A DNA stretch of 41,955 bases, from NCBI GenBank assembly GCA_051453625.1, contig JBOZIK010000001.1, forward strand, positions 29,546,581 to 29,588,535, read 5' to 3'. The notes under the pieces were generated by a model. That model saw nothing but the letters and a program-made list of their open reading frames with translations. It was not told the DNA's origin and did no database searches. This document shows positions 1 through 12,853 of the stretch, piece after piece (position 1 is the first letter of the stretch; every line of letters starts with the position of its first letter). Origin of the DNA: Welwitschia mirabilis. Its lineage: Eukaryota. The position numbers and the translations under genes were made by a program.

Positions 1-372
1 TATTTTAATTTAGTCTTATTCGATGAATACACCCCACAAATACATGCATACAATTCACAATAATATGGATATTTAACGGATTATTTACCTAATTAGAATA
101 ATTTTAATAATTATTAGGTTCATTTTATAGAAACAATCATAAAAGTGAAAACAAGCATATTAGAACATCTCTATATTCAAGAATACAATAATGAAAATAT
201 AAATAAAGGAAATATTGTTTTATTTTCTATCTAAATAAAGGAAATATTTTTTATTTTTTCTTTCAATAAATAATAAAAATACTTAAAACATATGAAGTTA
301 AAATTTAATAATGTACTTAAAGAAACTAATCAATACCTAAAGCTATGCCAATCCTAGAAACATTCTTCTATG

Positions 373-1051
373 CTCATATGTCAATCTCCATAGATTGGTG
401 CAATGAAGGTAAACAAAAGAAAGTATAGCTCAAGCATGGTCATGAAGACATAATACTTTATTCAAGAATTACATGGCTATATTATAAGTTAAAAAAAATC
501 TATGATAAATTAAGAATTATTTATGTTACTTAAATTACTAAAGTGAAAACTCTTACAAGCATGCACATTTGAAGTAATATAAAGTAAAAAAGGTCAAAGA
601 CATTTTTTTTTTCCTAATAAAATATTATTTCTAAGAAATTTAACTTAAGACCACTGATAGAAACTTATCTTCTATACTTCAACTTCTTATAAAATTTTAT
701 GTAATAATTTTTGTATAATTTAAAACATCAATTATAACATTTTTTATCTCTAAGGGACATCATAGTCAAAAATTAATAATTAATTAATTATGAAGCAAAA
801 CATAATTTATAGTAGTTATTTATAAACTAGACACATATTAGCATCCTTAGAATCTAACTTAAACTATTTTGAAATTCTAGAAATATTATTTCTAAGGTCA
901 TTATTTAAGGTAAAAAACTGTCAAATTTGCTAAAGTTATATTCCTACTATACTATACTAAAATGACCATAACTTTTAAAATACTTTGAACTTTGAAATGG
1001 TTTATGCTGTTTTGGAAATCTTATTTAGTTCCTACAACTTAGATGATCAAC
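373..1051 (+). repeat. 1.23-kb direct tandem repeat, copy 1, left part (interrupted by the LINE)
   Basis: Co-linear with 7694-8368. For example tctccatagattggtgcaatgaaggtaaacaaaagaaagtatagctcaagcatgg (385) matches tctccatgaattggtgcaatgaaggtaaataaaagaaagcatagctcaagcatgg (7706). Roughly 80% identity by eye. Confidence 0.9.
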
Positions 1052-1304
1052 AAGAGCGGAGAGCAGAGATCGGAGAGCAGAGAACGAGGGAGAACAAAGA
1101 ACACGAGGAAGAGCAGAGAGTGAAGAGTGGAGAGTGGAGAACGCAAGGAAGATAGCCGCAAAGGAGAAGTCCGCTAGCACAGTGCTCACTAAGCCTTGGC
1201 AGAAGGAATAGAAGAGCAAGGCAAGTTGGGTAATGTGAGTTTCACTAGTTGCAAGCCCACATCGACACCCCAAGAAAAAAACCCTCGCCTAGGATTTCAA
1301 CCCC

Positions 1305-2242
1305 ATGGCAGTACCAGAAGTCGCAGCCCCTGCAACTGAAGTAACTAGAAACCACACTTGGGCAGATGTTGTGGCAAGGAATCGAGATGTGGAGGATAGC
1401 ATCAAGCTCAACTTTGTTCCCCAGCAATTCTCTTCAATAGAGGTAGTCATCGACAAGCAAGATTGGCAGCTGGGTATTGCACACCAGAAAATTCGCTTAT
1501 CAGATTTGTTTATGGTTTGAAACCCCACCTTCTAAAAATACAAAACTATGTAAGGAACCAGTGGGGAGGGAAAGATGTCATTGCAGCATAGCAAATAGAA
1601 AGAGGTACATTTCTTTTCAAGTTTCAGTCTAAAGTGCAAATGAGTAATATTTTAGAGAAAGGTCTGTGACCATTCGAAAACAGACTTTTGATTTTAAAAC
1701 CCTAGTCCCCTACGGCACTATTAGATTTTGATAAATCTTAAATATTTCAATTTGGATTATATTATCAGGTTTAAACCTCCATCTATGGTCACCTAGGGTT
1801 TTGTCAAAAATAGCAAGCGTTCTGGGAAAATCTATCTATATAGATGTAGTAACAGCAATTAAGAAAAGGCTAAAATTTGCCAGAATATGTGTTGAAATCT
1901 CGTCAGAATATGATTTACCTACTCTAATTACCTTGAAATGTTCAGACGACATTATCCTAAAAAAAAGTTAAATATGAATGGATGCCGGTCAAATGCAGCC
2001 TCTGCGTATGTTTTGAGCATTCTTTAGATTATTACCCAAGAAAGAAAAAAGTAACCCCGGTCTGGAAACCAGTCCCTCCAAAGCCCTTTCTAGCCGTAGC
2101 CACAGGTAGATCTCACAGTGATCTTAAGGTGTCAATCTCAGATAATCAAATAGACCCGCCTTGCTATCCATTAGATGCTGCAGGTCTTCAGTGTCAAGAC
2201 CAACAATTGAAGTTCTTAGTGATGCCTGTCAATCACAAGTAG
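1305..2242 (+). pseudogene. LINE ORF1 (DUF4283/RRM-like region plus CX2CX4HX4C-type zinc knuckle), with frameshifts and stops
   Basis: Fragments read TWADVV, GTFLFKFQS...ILEKGL*PFENRLLILKP*, IWIILSGLNLHLWS..VLSKIASVLGKSLYID..T..KKRLKFARICVEI and YEWMPVKCSLCVCFEHS. These are typical plant L1 ORF1 motifs. The 3' end is uncertain. Confidence 0.88.
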
Positions 2243-2799
2243 GAACCCTCTTAGTAGCAGTACTTCCTCTCCATGTGGATATTCCAACCGCATTGTCAAT
2301 GACAGATATATTAGGTCCTTTGGTAAATCAGTGATCCATGAGGTGGACAAAGTCTTAATAGAAAGGAACCTCAGCTTCCCACAATAGGTGTCAGTGTGTA
2401 ACCTTCAGGGACAGGCATCAGGCCCTTAATGCCTTTCGTCAGGAGCTGGACCGTCATCCCTGCCTTCCTCTCCACACTCTTTTCCTATTTCATCCAAGAA
2501 CAACACTAATGTACTGCAGCTGAAAGAGAGGAACTGAATCAGAGTAGGCGTGTTGCAGGCATATGAAGCTAATAACATAGTACCAGGTCTATCTTAAGTC
2601 CATTCCAAATACCACTAGGTCAGTTACCATTAAACTCAGAATTAAATATTTTATCTAGTGGTAAAATTTTCATTAATATAGCTCTAGTGAAAATAGATTT
2701 TTCTTCTATCGCAATTGCATTGAAGAATCTCGATAGTTCCTCAACACAATGTAAATCAAAATGGGGAAGGGATAAATGTGGATATGACCCACCCAAACC

Positions 2800-5700
2800 A
2801 TTATTATAAAAGTTGCTTCATGGAACATTAGAGGCCTAAACAGCCCATATAAATAATTAGAAGTAAGGTAGCTTGTTTTGAATTTAAAGCTCAGTATTAT
2901 GGCAATTTTAGAAATAAAGGTAAAAATAAATAAAGCGGAAATCATAGCTAAAAGATGTATGTCAAATAAGACGTGGAAGTATTTGCATAATTTTTCAAAT
3001 ACTTCATACGGCAGAATTTTATTAATTTGGAATGCCATTGACATTTAGATTGAGGTGAAACACATCTCACCCTAGATAATGCATTGTGATATAACCACCA
3101 AAATACTATCATTTTGATGTCTTTTGTTTATGCTCATAACTCCCCTAAAGATAGAGAGTCGTTATGGGCAGAAATCCTTAATATTAATCGAGATGTAAAT
3201 AGCCCTTGAGTTCTAATGGGTGATTTTAATTGTATTGCAAACCCCAGCGAGAAAATTAATGGATGCCCCGTATTACTAAAAGACATTGAGGAAATCCAGC
3301 ACTTGTTTTTAACCTCACAACTCTTAGATCTAAAGAAAATTGGTTGTTTTTTAACTTGTTCTGACAAGCACCAAATCCAAAAGAGAATCCACTGCAAGCT
3401 GGATAGAGTTCTCATCAACAGTTTTTGGTTAGATAAGTACCCCCAATCCTTTGCTGATTTCCTCTTGTTAGGCCTTTTGGATGACTTTTCTATCATCTTT
3501 CATCTCAATACAAGTGTTAGAGTATTCCCTCTGTTCAGATTCTACAATTTCTTGTGCAATTACTTAGATTACCTAAATGTTATTCAAGTAAGTTGGAATA
3601 GCATCGTGGGTTGCAATTCATTGGTGGCTACACAAGAAGCTATATCTTACAAAGTAAGCTTTAAAATTAGATTCTTTAAGGAGACTAGATCGCTAAGTAA
3701 ACAAGTGCAAATTGCTAAACAGGATTTATCAGCTATTCAAATTCAGCTTGAATCCTTTCCCTTGTCAAGTGATCTGAATCTAAAAGAAAAAGAAGCTTCT
3801 TTAGCATATAAAAAAATCCTCTGGTAGCAATACATTTTCAATAAGCAAAGAGCTAAAATTAAATAGGCAAAGGAGGGAGACCTGAACATAGCCTACTTCC
3901 ACACTTGTATCAAACAAAATAACTATTCTTCCACTTTCAGGACTCTTTATGATGCCAATGGATCCTTATTAGTCAAACAATAGGAAATCCAGCAAAACAT
4001 CATTCATTATTTCCAAGGTTAGCTTGGCCATGAGGCTAGTATTTCTCAACTAGATACTTTAATCCTTTCGTCTGGCACTTTAATTTCAGAACATTAATGC
4101 ATAGATTTATGAAGGCTGGTTTCTTTACAAGATATCAAAATTGCTTTTTTATTGATAGGAAACGACAAATCCCTAGGCCTAGATGCATTTTCAGCAAAGT
4201 TCTTTAAAACGACCTGGAATATTATAGGTGAAGATGTATGTACAGCAATTAAATTATTTTTCAGCGAGGGGAAAATGCTTAAAAGCATAAATTCCTCATC
4301 TATTATCCTACTTTCTAAATCCATAAATCCATCGAGGGCCTTGGATTTCAGAACCATTACTTATTATAATGTCATTTACAAAGCAAGCTCCATTATCTTT
4401 ACTAACAGACTTAAAACAGTGCTATTAAATCTTATGGTAGATAATCAAGGGGCCTTCATTCCAAATAGAAGCATTATCCATAGCATTCTTCTAGCCCACG
4501 AGCTAGTTCAACATTATGCTAGGAAAAAGATCAGCCCAAGATGTGCTCTTAAAGCGAATCTGAGAAAGGCCTATGACTCGGTCGCATGGTCTTTCTTATT
4601 CAACTTATTAGAAGGCTTTGTCTTCCCTTACAAGCTAATTAAGTGGATTAAGGCTTGCATTTCTAGCCCATTTTTCTCTATTCTTATCAATGGAGGTTTG
4701 GCAGGTTATTTTCCAGGAAGAAGAGGTTTAAGGCAAGATGACCCCATTCCTTCCCTACCTCTTCTTCTTAGTCATGGAGCATTTTTTAAGAAGCCTAAAG
4801 ATTATGGCATAAAACCCTCGCTTTCACTTTAACCCTAAATGTAGTAGGCTTAAAATTACACACTCGTGTTATGTGGATGACATTTTTATCTTCAGTAGAG
4901 GTGATGATAGCTCCATCCAACTGCTGAAATTTATGCTGCATCACTTCTTATAGGTTTCAGATATTCAAGAAAATGGGCTGAAAAGCCAGGCCTTCTTTAG
5001 AGGTATTTCCCAAGGCCAAAAAGATAGTTTCCTTCAGTAGCTAAAATTTTAGAAGGAACCCTCCTGGTCAAATATCTTAGGGTGCCTCTAAATCATAGAA
5101 AGCTTTTTATTACAGACTACTTCCTCCTAATCCTCAGGGTAACTAAGAAAATAAGATCGTGGATTACTAAGATCCTCTCCTTTACTGGGAGACTAGTTTT
5201 AATTAAGGCAATTCTTCAAAATCTACTCTCCTTTTGGTGCAAGGTTTTCATCCTACCAAACAAGATCCTCCATGAAATTATTACCTACTACAGGAAATTT
5301 CTCTAGACTGGTAAAATAGAGAAATCAGAAAAAGCCCTAGTATCCTGGCAGAACATGGTAAAACCAAAAACAACAAGAGGTCTAGGCCTTTTAGACTCCT
5401 TTCTAATGAATAAGGCATTAGTTCTTTCCCAACTTTGGGACTTAGCATTAAAGAAAGATTTTCTATGGATTAAATGGTGTAATGAATACTACTTCAAAGG
5501 CATAAACATCTAGCAATTCCAAATCAGACCAAATTTCTTCTAGCTCATCAGAAAAATCTTGAAGCTCAGACCCATTACAGTAGATTTTGTTCAGGTTTCT
5601 TCTTTAATAGTTTGATGAATAGCATCAGCTAAACCTTTCTCAACCTCTACCACATACTGTCAGCTAGCAGGTCTCCACCCAAAGGTAGACTAGTACTCTC

Positions 5701-6239
5701 TAATCTGGAATAGTTTCACTATCCCTAAATACACCTTTGTGGCATGGCTTGCTTATCAGAATAGATTATATACAAAAGAGAGAATATCCAAGATAGGATT
5801 CCAGATAGACCAAACTTGTGTTTTATGTCAGATGGCAGTAGAGACAAGAGATCATGTCCTATTTGAGTGCCCTCCATGTGCTCAAATACTCTAAACTACA
5901 CTGGGCTTAGTTCACCTCCACCCTCCAGTTTCCTCTTGGAACAATATTCTAAACTAGTTTAAGAGTAGGTGTAGATCAAATTCTACTAAACATTGTATTT
6001 CCATATTTATCTTCATGGCCTACATCTATCATGTTTGGCAAGGAAGGAATGGTAACATCTTTAGACAACAAGAGTTCAATATATCTCTTTTCCTTAAAGA
6101 AATCAAGTTCCATCTTATAAACAGTCTCTACTCTATTCAGTGGCTCAAAAACACTCAGAGGAATAGAGAATGGTACCAACAGGTTGGTATTACCTCAGTC
6201 TTCCTAGGCAGAGCATCCAATCATCAGCTAATTGATTAG
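2800..6239 (+). pseudogene. LINE ORF2 (APE endonuclease, reverse transcriptase, zf-RVT), disrupted
   Basis: SWNIRGLN (2818), MGDFNCI, KLDRVLIN, KSLGLDAFSAKFFK..W, QGAFIPNRSI, KANLRKAYDSVAW, RGLRQDDP, catalytic YVDD (~4870), KYLGVPL, LSFTGRLVLIK and CVLC...ETRDHVLFEC. Multiple stops and frameshifts. Confidence 0.95.
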
Positions 6240-7136
6240 TTTATCCCTGTGGGAAATCCCTTGTATTCAGGTTATTTGTTTTTCTGAGTTATGGATACCA
6301 TTGTCTAGCTTTTTGAAGGAAAGTCTCTTATTTCTCATAGTTTAATTTCTATTATTCTAGTAAACAAGGGTACCTTTTCTGTTAAGATAGCTACTAAGGT
6401 TTCTTAGTCCACTTTTCTCGATCAGTCTAGTGCTGCCTACACAAAAAGACTGATTATATTTTAGCTATCAAGTCTCCTTCTTGAAAAGTAATGCTAGCAA
6501 CAAGAAAAGATTTAAACTGGTAGAGCTACAAGAGTTAGCAAGACATAACTCCTAAAGCAAGGTGAATTATGACCCAGTGAGTTTCCAATGCCATCTGAGA
6601 GAAGAGATGCTATCTCTTCTATGCCAAGGGTCTATTCTTAGTAGCACCAAATCAATGGCACTCAGACTTCATTGCTAATTTCCAAATGTTGTCCTCGTGA
6701 GTTCATGATGTCTATCCTAATCAAAAGCAATCCTGCCATCTGGGGGCTACTCCCATGTCAATGTGTTTCCAATAATGATTAGCCAAAACTCTTGCTATTC
6801 ATAAAAGAGATCAAGGCAATGCTCAACCCCTAAGTAGGGTCCAACTATAGTTTGTAGGTCACCAAAGTGCTTCAAAGAGTATAAGAAAGATCATATTTCA
6901 TCAAGTTCAATCTTTGCAGCCTAAGCCTTATCAAATATGATAAGGAAAATTCATAAATGTTTTCCCTGATAAAGTTTCTTTAGGCCATTGATAGCCTAGC
7001 TCCATAACAATTGAAATTGCTGATTCCTACATCAGGGCGCTCAGCTGTTATGTATTACTTTATATGGTTTTTGCTAAGAGTATGTACTTCCAACGTTTCC
7101 AATAATGAAAATTCATCCAAATTTCATTTTAAAAAA

Positions 7137-7693
7137 GCTTTGTCAATATCTTAATAGATAATTATAGAAATATAAATTAATTACTCATTTTTTTACATTT
7201 ATTTTCTAATGTTTTTTAATAAATAAAATATTTAAAAGTAATTACACATTAGAAAAATTACTATTTTTACATTTTCATGTTCATAACACAATCTTAGATT
7301 AACAAAACAAATTTCACTACTTCATACTAACTAATTAGTAAGTTGCAGTGTTTTTAACCTATGCCTCTATTCTGAAAATTTAACATTAACTATAAGAAAT
7401 GTGGTAAAGTTTCTATAATTAGTTATATAATAATTTAAATTAATGAACTGATGAATATAATAGATAAACTAATTATCTACAATGCATTTTAACTAAATTT
7501 ACTACCTCAAATCAAGGTAAAAATAAAAATCAAATCAATTAAAAAAATGTTTATTATGAGCCTTAGGATTACCATAAAGGAGTACTAGTCTAAAAGAGAT
7601 TCTTTTGGATTAACCTTTACTCCTAATAAGATAGGTCTAATGCATAATGAATGAAAAATATATTGTGATGTAGACTAATGCAAAATAAACATA
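7137..7693 (+). repeat. 1.23-kb tandem repeat, copy 1, right part
   Basis: Co-linear with 8368-8923. For example gagccttaggattacc..aaaggagta.tagtctaaaagagatt occurs at 7558 and 8790. Confidence 0.9.
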
Positions 7694-8923
7694 GTCATAT
7701 TATAGTCTCCATGAATTGGTGCAATGAAGGTAAATAAAAGAAAGCATAGCTCAAGCATGGTCATTAGGACATAATACTTTATTCAAGACTCACATGATTA
7801 TATTATAAGTCAAGAAAGTTATTGATAAATTAAGGAACATTTATGTTACTTAAATTACTAAGGTGAGAACTCTTACAAGCATGCATATTCAAAGTAAGAT
7901 AAAGAAAAAAGATAAAAAGCATATTTTTTCCAATAAAATATTATTTCTAGGAAATGTAACTTAAGGATAATAATAAAAACTTATCTTATATACTTAAAAT
8001 CCTTATAAAATTTTATCTAATAATTTCTCTATAATTTAAAATATTACTTATAACATTTGTGGGCTCTAAGGAGACATCATAGTCAAAAATTAGTAATTAA
8101 TTAATTATGAAGTAGAACATAAATTATAGTAGTTTTTCATAAATAAGATGCATAATAGCATCTTTATAATCTAACTTAAACTATTTTGGAATTCTAAAAC
8201 AATTATTTGTAAGATCATCATTTACGGTTAAAAACTAACAAATTTTCTAAAATTAGAATCTAACTACACTACACTAAAATCACCATAACTTTTAAAATAC
8301 TTTGAATTTTAAAATGATTTAAGATGTTTTGGAAAGTTATTTAATGCCTATAACTTAGGATGCCCAACTTTGTAGATATGTTAATAGATAGTTACAAAAA
8401 TATAAATTAATTACTTACTATTTTCTACATTTATTTTCTAACATATTTTAAGAATTTTTTTAAAATAATTACATATCAAAAATTACTATTTTTACATTTT
8501 TATGTTCATAACACAAGCTTAGAATTACAAAAAGAAAAAAAAAACTCACCACTTTATACCTACTAATTGATAAGTTATAGTGTTTTTAACCTATGTCTCT
8601 ATCTAAAATTTAACTTTAGCTATAAGAAATATGGTAAAGTTTCTACAATTAATTATACAATAATTTAAATTAGTGAATAAATGAATATAATAGCTAAACT
8701 AATTATCTACAACACATCTTAACTAAATTTACAACATAAAATCAATATAGAAAGAAAAATCAAATCAATTAAAAAAACCATTTACTTTGAGCCTTAGGAT
8801 TACCTTAAAGGAGTAGTAGTCTAAAAGAGATTTTTGAGGATCATACTTTGCACCTAACAAGATAGATCTAATGAATAATTAATGAAAAATATATTTTTAT
8901 GTATATTAATGCCAAATAAATAT
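7694..8923 (+). repeat. 1.23-kb tandem repeat, copy 2 (uninterrupted; shows the empty LINE site)
   Basis: Matches 373-1051 joined to 7137-7693 along its whole length. Confidence 0.9.
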
Positions 8924-8929
8924 GGATAC

Positions 8930-10211
8930 CTTAGTATATAGTGAATCTCTAAAGTTTTCACTTGGCTATAAACATCCATTAGTAACCATAATCACCAAGC
9001 ATAGGAGACCCCTTAGATCTACTTACATCTATGTGAGAGCCAATGGGAGGGAATAACATAATTTATGATCTATCATATATAGTAGTATATTGCAATATTA
9101 CATCATTATATTAAAATATTTAAAGAGACCTTAATTGATAACATGAGTAAAGAGCTTACTTAGAAATATTAGTAAGTCTTTCATAGTTGAAAATTGATGA
9201 AGATCCAAGTTCAAGAATTTCTTAGCTCCAAGATTCTAAGCTCCAAGCTCCACAAGTAAGAGAATGAAAGAAAAAGAGAGGGAAGAATAAAATGCACTTA
9301 TATGAAAAAATGAAAAGTATCTCCTTTTTTGTAAGAAAGGAAAGGATCTCTATATATAAATAAACAAAGGCACATAGCTCAAAATTACAAGATCACATGA
9401 TTTAGCATTGATAAGTGGAATGGCTAATAAGTAACATTGAAGTACAAAAAGAGATCATCTTTATGACTCATGCACCTAACTCATATGAGTAATATTCTTA
9501 TTTTAATTAGCAAGATGAGTTAAATATATAATTTCTTCATGCTATCTTCTTCTTAATCCTTTATAAGCTCATATATAAGTTTAATTCATCGAAGACATGC
9601 ATTAAAAGAATAAATGCATAAATCTCAAAATTTTCATGTGAAATAACAAGAAAAACTCTTAAATTCCAATAAATATAACAATAAGTATGCTTTGAACTAA
9701 GTTACCTTACCCATCTTAAGAAGATAAAAGTCATGCTAGAGAAAATCTACTCATTTATCATTCTTGGTTCTAGGTAAGAGTGCATGTACTTATCCGCATA
9801 CTCATTATTTTATAATGCATAAAATCTATCAATCACATAACATAAGGAATAAAATGTCTATTCATAGTATAGTACACCTATCACATTTATTAAGAATTTA
9901 AATGAGTAAATAATATATAAAATATATCATTATATTCTCCTGAAATTTTTAATTTATTAGTTTTCTCATATGATTTTAATTCCTTACATAATGGGATTAT
10001 CTAATTTTAAATGTTTAGATAGAAATTCTTATAAAATATTTTTAACATAATTATTATTATTTTTAGGTGAATTATGAAAATTTACAAACTAAGGTTAATT
10101 CAAAGTACCATCTTATTTTGAAAAGGCCTTTAAATAAAAGTAATTAATCATTTTATTAAAAGCTTAATATACTTAAAAGAAATTAAGATTTACAAAATAT
10201 GGGATATGATA
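8930..10211 (-). repeat. Putative 3' LTR (U3/R part) of the minus-strand Tekay-like element; distal boundary unknown
   Basis: Starts right after the PPT on the minus strand as tatcatatccc (a decayed TGTCATATCCC-type start). A TATA-like tttatatataga at ~9349-9360 is followed by a CT-rich tract on the minus strand. Confidence 0.55.
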
Positions 10212-10225
10212 TTCTTCACCACTTA
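10212..10225 (-). other. Polypurine tract of the Tekay-like element
   Basis: The minus strand reads ...ggattcctagaagtgaattaatctaagtggtgaagaa-tatcat, resembling the Tekay 3' consensus gaattTCGAGGACGAAATT...aaggggggaagaa-TGT. It lies just downstream of the chromodomain. Confidence 0.6.
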
Positions 10226-10289
10226 GATTAATTCACTTCTAGGAATCCAGATACATAAAGATCTTAAAAACATCTAACTACATATTATG

Positions 10290-12853
10290 AAATTTAAAAA
10301 TATTTGGGTATTAATTTTTTATTGTTTCATCTATCTCCTAAGTATATTCATCAATACGATGATTACTCTATTTTATCTTTACTTAATGAATCTCTTTATT
10401 TCATAAATTAANNNNNNNNNNGCACTACTTCCAGCTTCTCTATAATTGAGCAATTTGGCTCCATTTAAATATGATACTAATTCAACATATAACAAGAATC
10501 TACAATATACTTTCTTAGCATACTTACATTAAAAACATCATGCATGTGCAATAATCGAGGAGGTAAAGCTAGCTTGTATGTAACAGGTCTAATTCTTTCC
10601 AATGTTTCAAATGATCTAATGAATCGAAAAGCTAGTTTTAATCTCTTAAATTCTCTTATTGCTGATTTCATTGGTGAAACTTTAAGAAATACATGATTAT
10701 CTATTTTAAACTCAAGATCCCTTCTTTGATGGTTTGCATACATCTTTTATTTATCTACTACTTCTTTAGGTCTATCCTTAATAATACTTATTTTAATTTC
10801 TAATTTTTGTAATATTTTTTATTCTATAATCAATCTTTCTTTAAATTTTGTCCATGAAATGGGTGCTTTGTATTTTCTTCTATATAGGGCTTTAAATAGA
10901 GCCATTTGAATTAAATCTAATAATTGTTACTGTATGCAAATTTTGCTAATGGTAGATACTCTTTTCAATGCTTGGAATAATTTAGAATACATACTCCAAG
11001 AAGATATTCTAAAATTTGATTAACTCTTTCTACCTAATCATCTATTTGAGAGTGAAATGTAGTGCTCATATTTAATTTGGTTCCTAAGCCCATTTGTAAT
11101 TCTTATCAAAACTTAGAAGTAAATTTTTATCTCTATTAAAGATAATCACTAAAAGCACATCATATAATTCAACATCATTTTAAATATATCATTAGCTATA
11201 TCCTTATCATCATAAGTAGATTTTATTGAAATAAAATATGCTAATTTAATTATCCTATTAGTTATCACCATGGTAGAATTATTACCTCTTTGAGTTTTTG
11301 GAAGTCCTCTAATAAAGTCCATATAAATCATGTCCCATTTATATTCTATAATCTCATAAGAATAAAGTAATCATACTGGATTTCTATGTTCTACTTTATT
11401 TATTGACAATTAAGACACCTTGACATACATTCTACTATATCTTTTTCATTCCTAGCCACTAAAATTTTTGTTTCATGTTTTGATATATTTTATTCCTATA
11501 AGACGACTTGCTATAGGTAGATTATAAAATTCAAACATTAACTTATGTCTAATTCCATTTACTTTAGGAACTAAAATCTTCCCTTCAATCTAATAATAAC
11601 CACTTGAATTAATACCGAAATGCTATAAATCTATTGGTTTTTCTAATTTGTTTTTGAATTTTTGATAATTCTCATCCCTTTTATATTCCTCTAAAATAAT
11701 GGTAGGAATTTGGATTTAAATTTTCAACTTTCCTATTGGTATACTTATCTTGCTGTTGTAGTTGTCACCCATAAATACTAAACCATTACATACCTTTCCT
11801 GACGTATCATATTCTTACATAAGCCACTACTAGTATCATGGTACTCTCCCCATCATGGTCTTCTATAGGTGGGCACTCCCTAATCACATCCTTAATCATT
11901 GTTGTACCCACAACAACAACTAGTGTATACATATATGATTACTTAAAGATAATCTTGTCTACTAAAAGCATCTTCAACCTTATTTTCCATAGCTTCATTA
12001 TATAAAATCTTTAGATCAAAATTACATAAAGAATCTCATCCATCTTCTTTGCCTAAGATTTAAGTTTAATTGAGTGAAAATGTATTTTAAACTCTTATGA
12101 TCTATTCAAACATAAATTCTTACACCATAGAAATAATGCTTTACAATTTTAAAGCAATAATTATTGTAGCTAATTCAAGATCATGAATATGATAATTTCT
12201 CTTATAAGTTTTAAGTTATTTTAATCTATAAGCTATTACTCTTTTACCTTGTTTAAGCACTGCTCCAAGACATTCTCTAGATGCATTAGTACAAGCTAAA
12301 AAGATCTTTGAATCATTTAGCATTGCTAAGACTAGAATACTAGTTAAGAATTATTTAAGATGACCAAATGACTATTGATATTTTTCTATTCATTGAAAGT
12401 CTTTATTTCTTCCTAAAAGGATTGTTAATAAAGAAGCTATGTTAAAGAAGTTGAATATAAACTAATAATAATACTTGACAAAACTAAGAAATGTTCTAAT
12501 CTCAATAATATTTGTAGGTATTGGCCATTCAATGATTATTCTAACTTTGTTTTGATCTACTGATATACCTTCATTGAATGTTACATGACCTAAAAATTAA
12601 ATGATTCCTTTCAAAAAGAATACTTTTTCATGTTAACATGTAATTAGTGATTCTATAAAGTTTGTAATACTATTCTTGAGTGTTTTTTGTTCTCTTCATA
12701 AGTCTCAAAATAAATGAGAATATTATCAATAGATACTATTACAAAAGAATTAAAATGTAGTTGAAAGATGTAGTTCATAAGATTTATAAAAACTACGAGG
12801 GCATTAGTTAAACTAAAAGGCATAATAGTAAATCATAATGCTCATAGCGATCT
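10290..12853 (-). pseudogene. Ty3/gypsy chromovirus (Tekay/Del-like) pol fragment: RT C-terminal half, RNase H, integrase, chromodomain
   Basis: RYEHY...MPFSLTNA..VFINLMN (~12770-12850), MDFIRGLPKTQRGNNS (11149-11331), YANHQRRDLEFKIDNHVFLKVSPMK...YKLALPPRL..MHDVFNVSMLRKY (10477-10743), chromodomain VKIK*SNHRIDEYT*EIDETIKN*YPNIF (~10297-10383). Cut within RT at 12853. Confidence 0.92.

Larger units (their letters stand above)
1052..7136 (+). mobile_element. L1-clade LINE (non-LTR retrotransposon), near full length, decayed
   Basis: GA-rich 5' leader (1052-1230), ORF1 with DUF4283-like region and zinc knuckle, ORF2 with APE endonuclease, RT and zf-RVT, a 3' region and a short A tail (aaaaaa, 7131-7136). 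Boundaries are fixed by the uninterrupted homologous site at ~8350-8390. Confidence 0.93.

Noticed and set aside
1025-4357. Minus-strand ORFs over the LINE (1025-1273, 1245-1427, 1289-1528, 2706-3044, 3134-3496, 4094-4357)
   Set aside because: Shadow frames of the LINE ORFs and GA-rich leader, with no independent motifs.
6490-7105. Possible LINE ORF3 starting at ATG ~6490
   Set aside because: About 13 stops in ~205 codons, roughly what random AT-rich sequence gives, and no recognisable motif.
11760-11900. Weak resemblance to the 5S rRNA internal promoter (Cassandra TRIM-like): ggggagagtac and atgggtgac on the minus strand
   Set aside because: The matches are too short and wrongly spaced to support a 5S-derived call.
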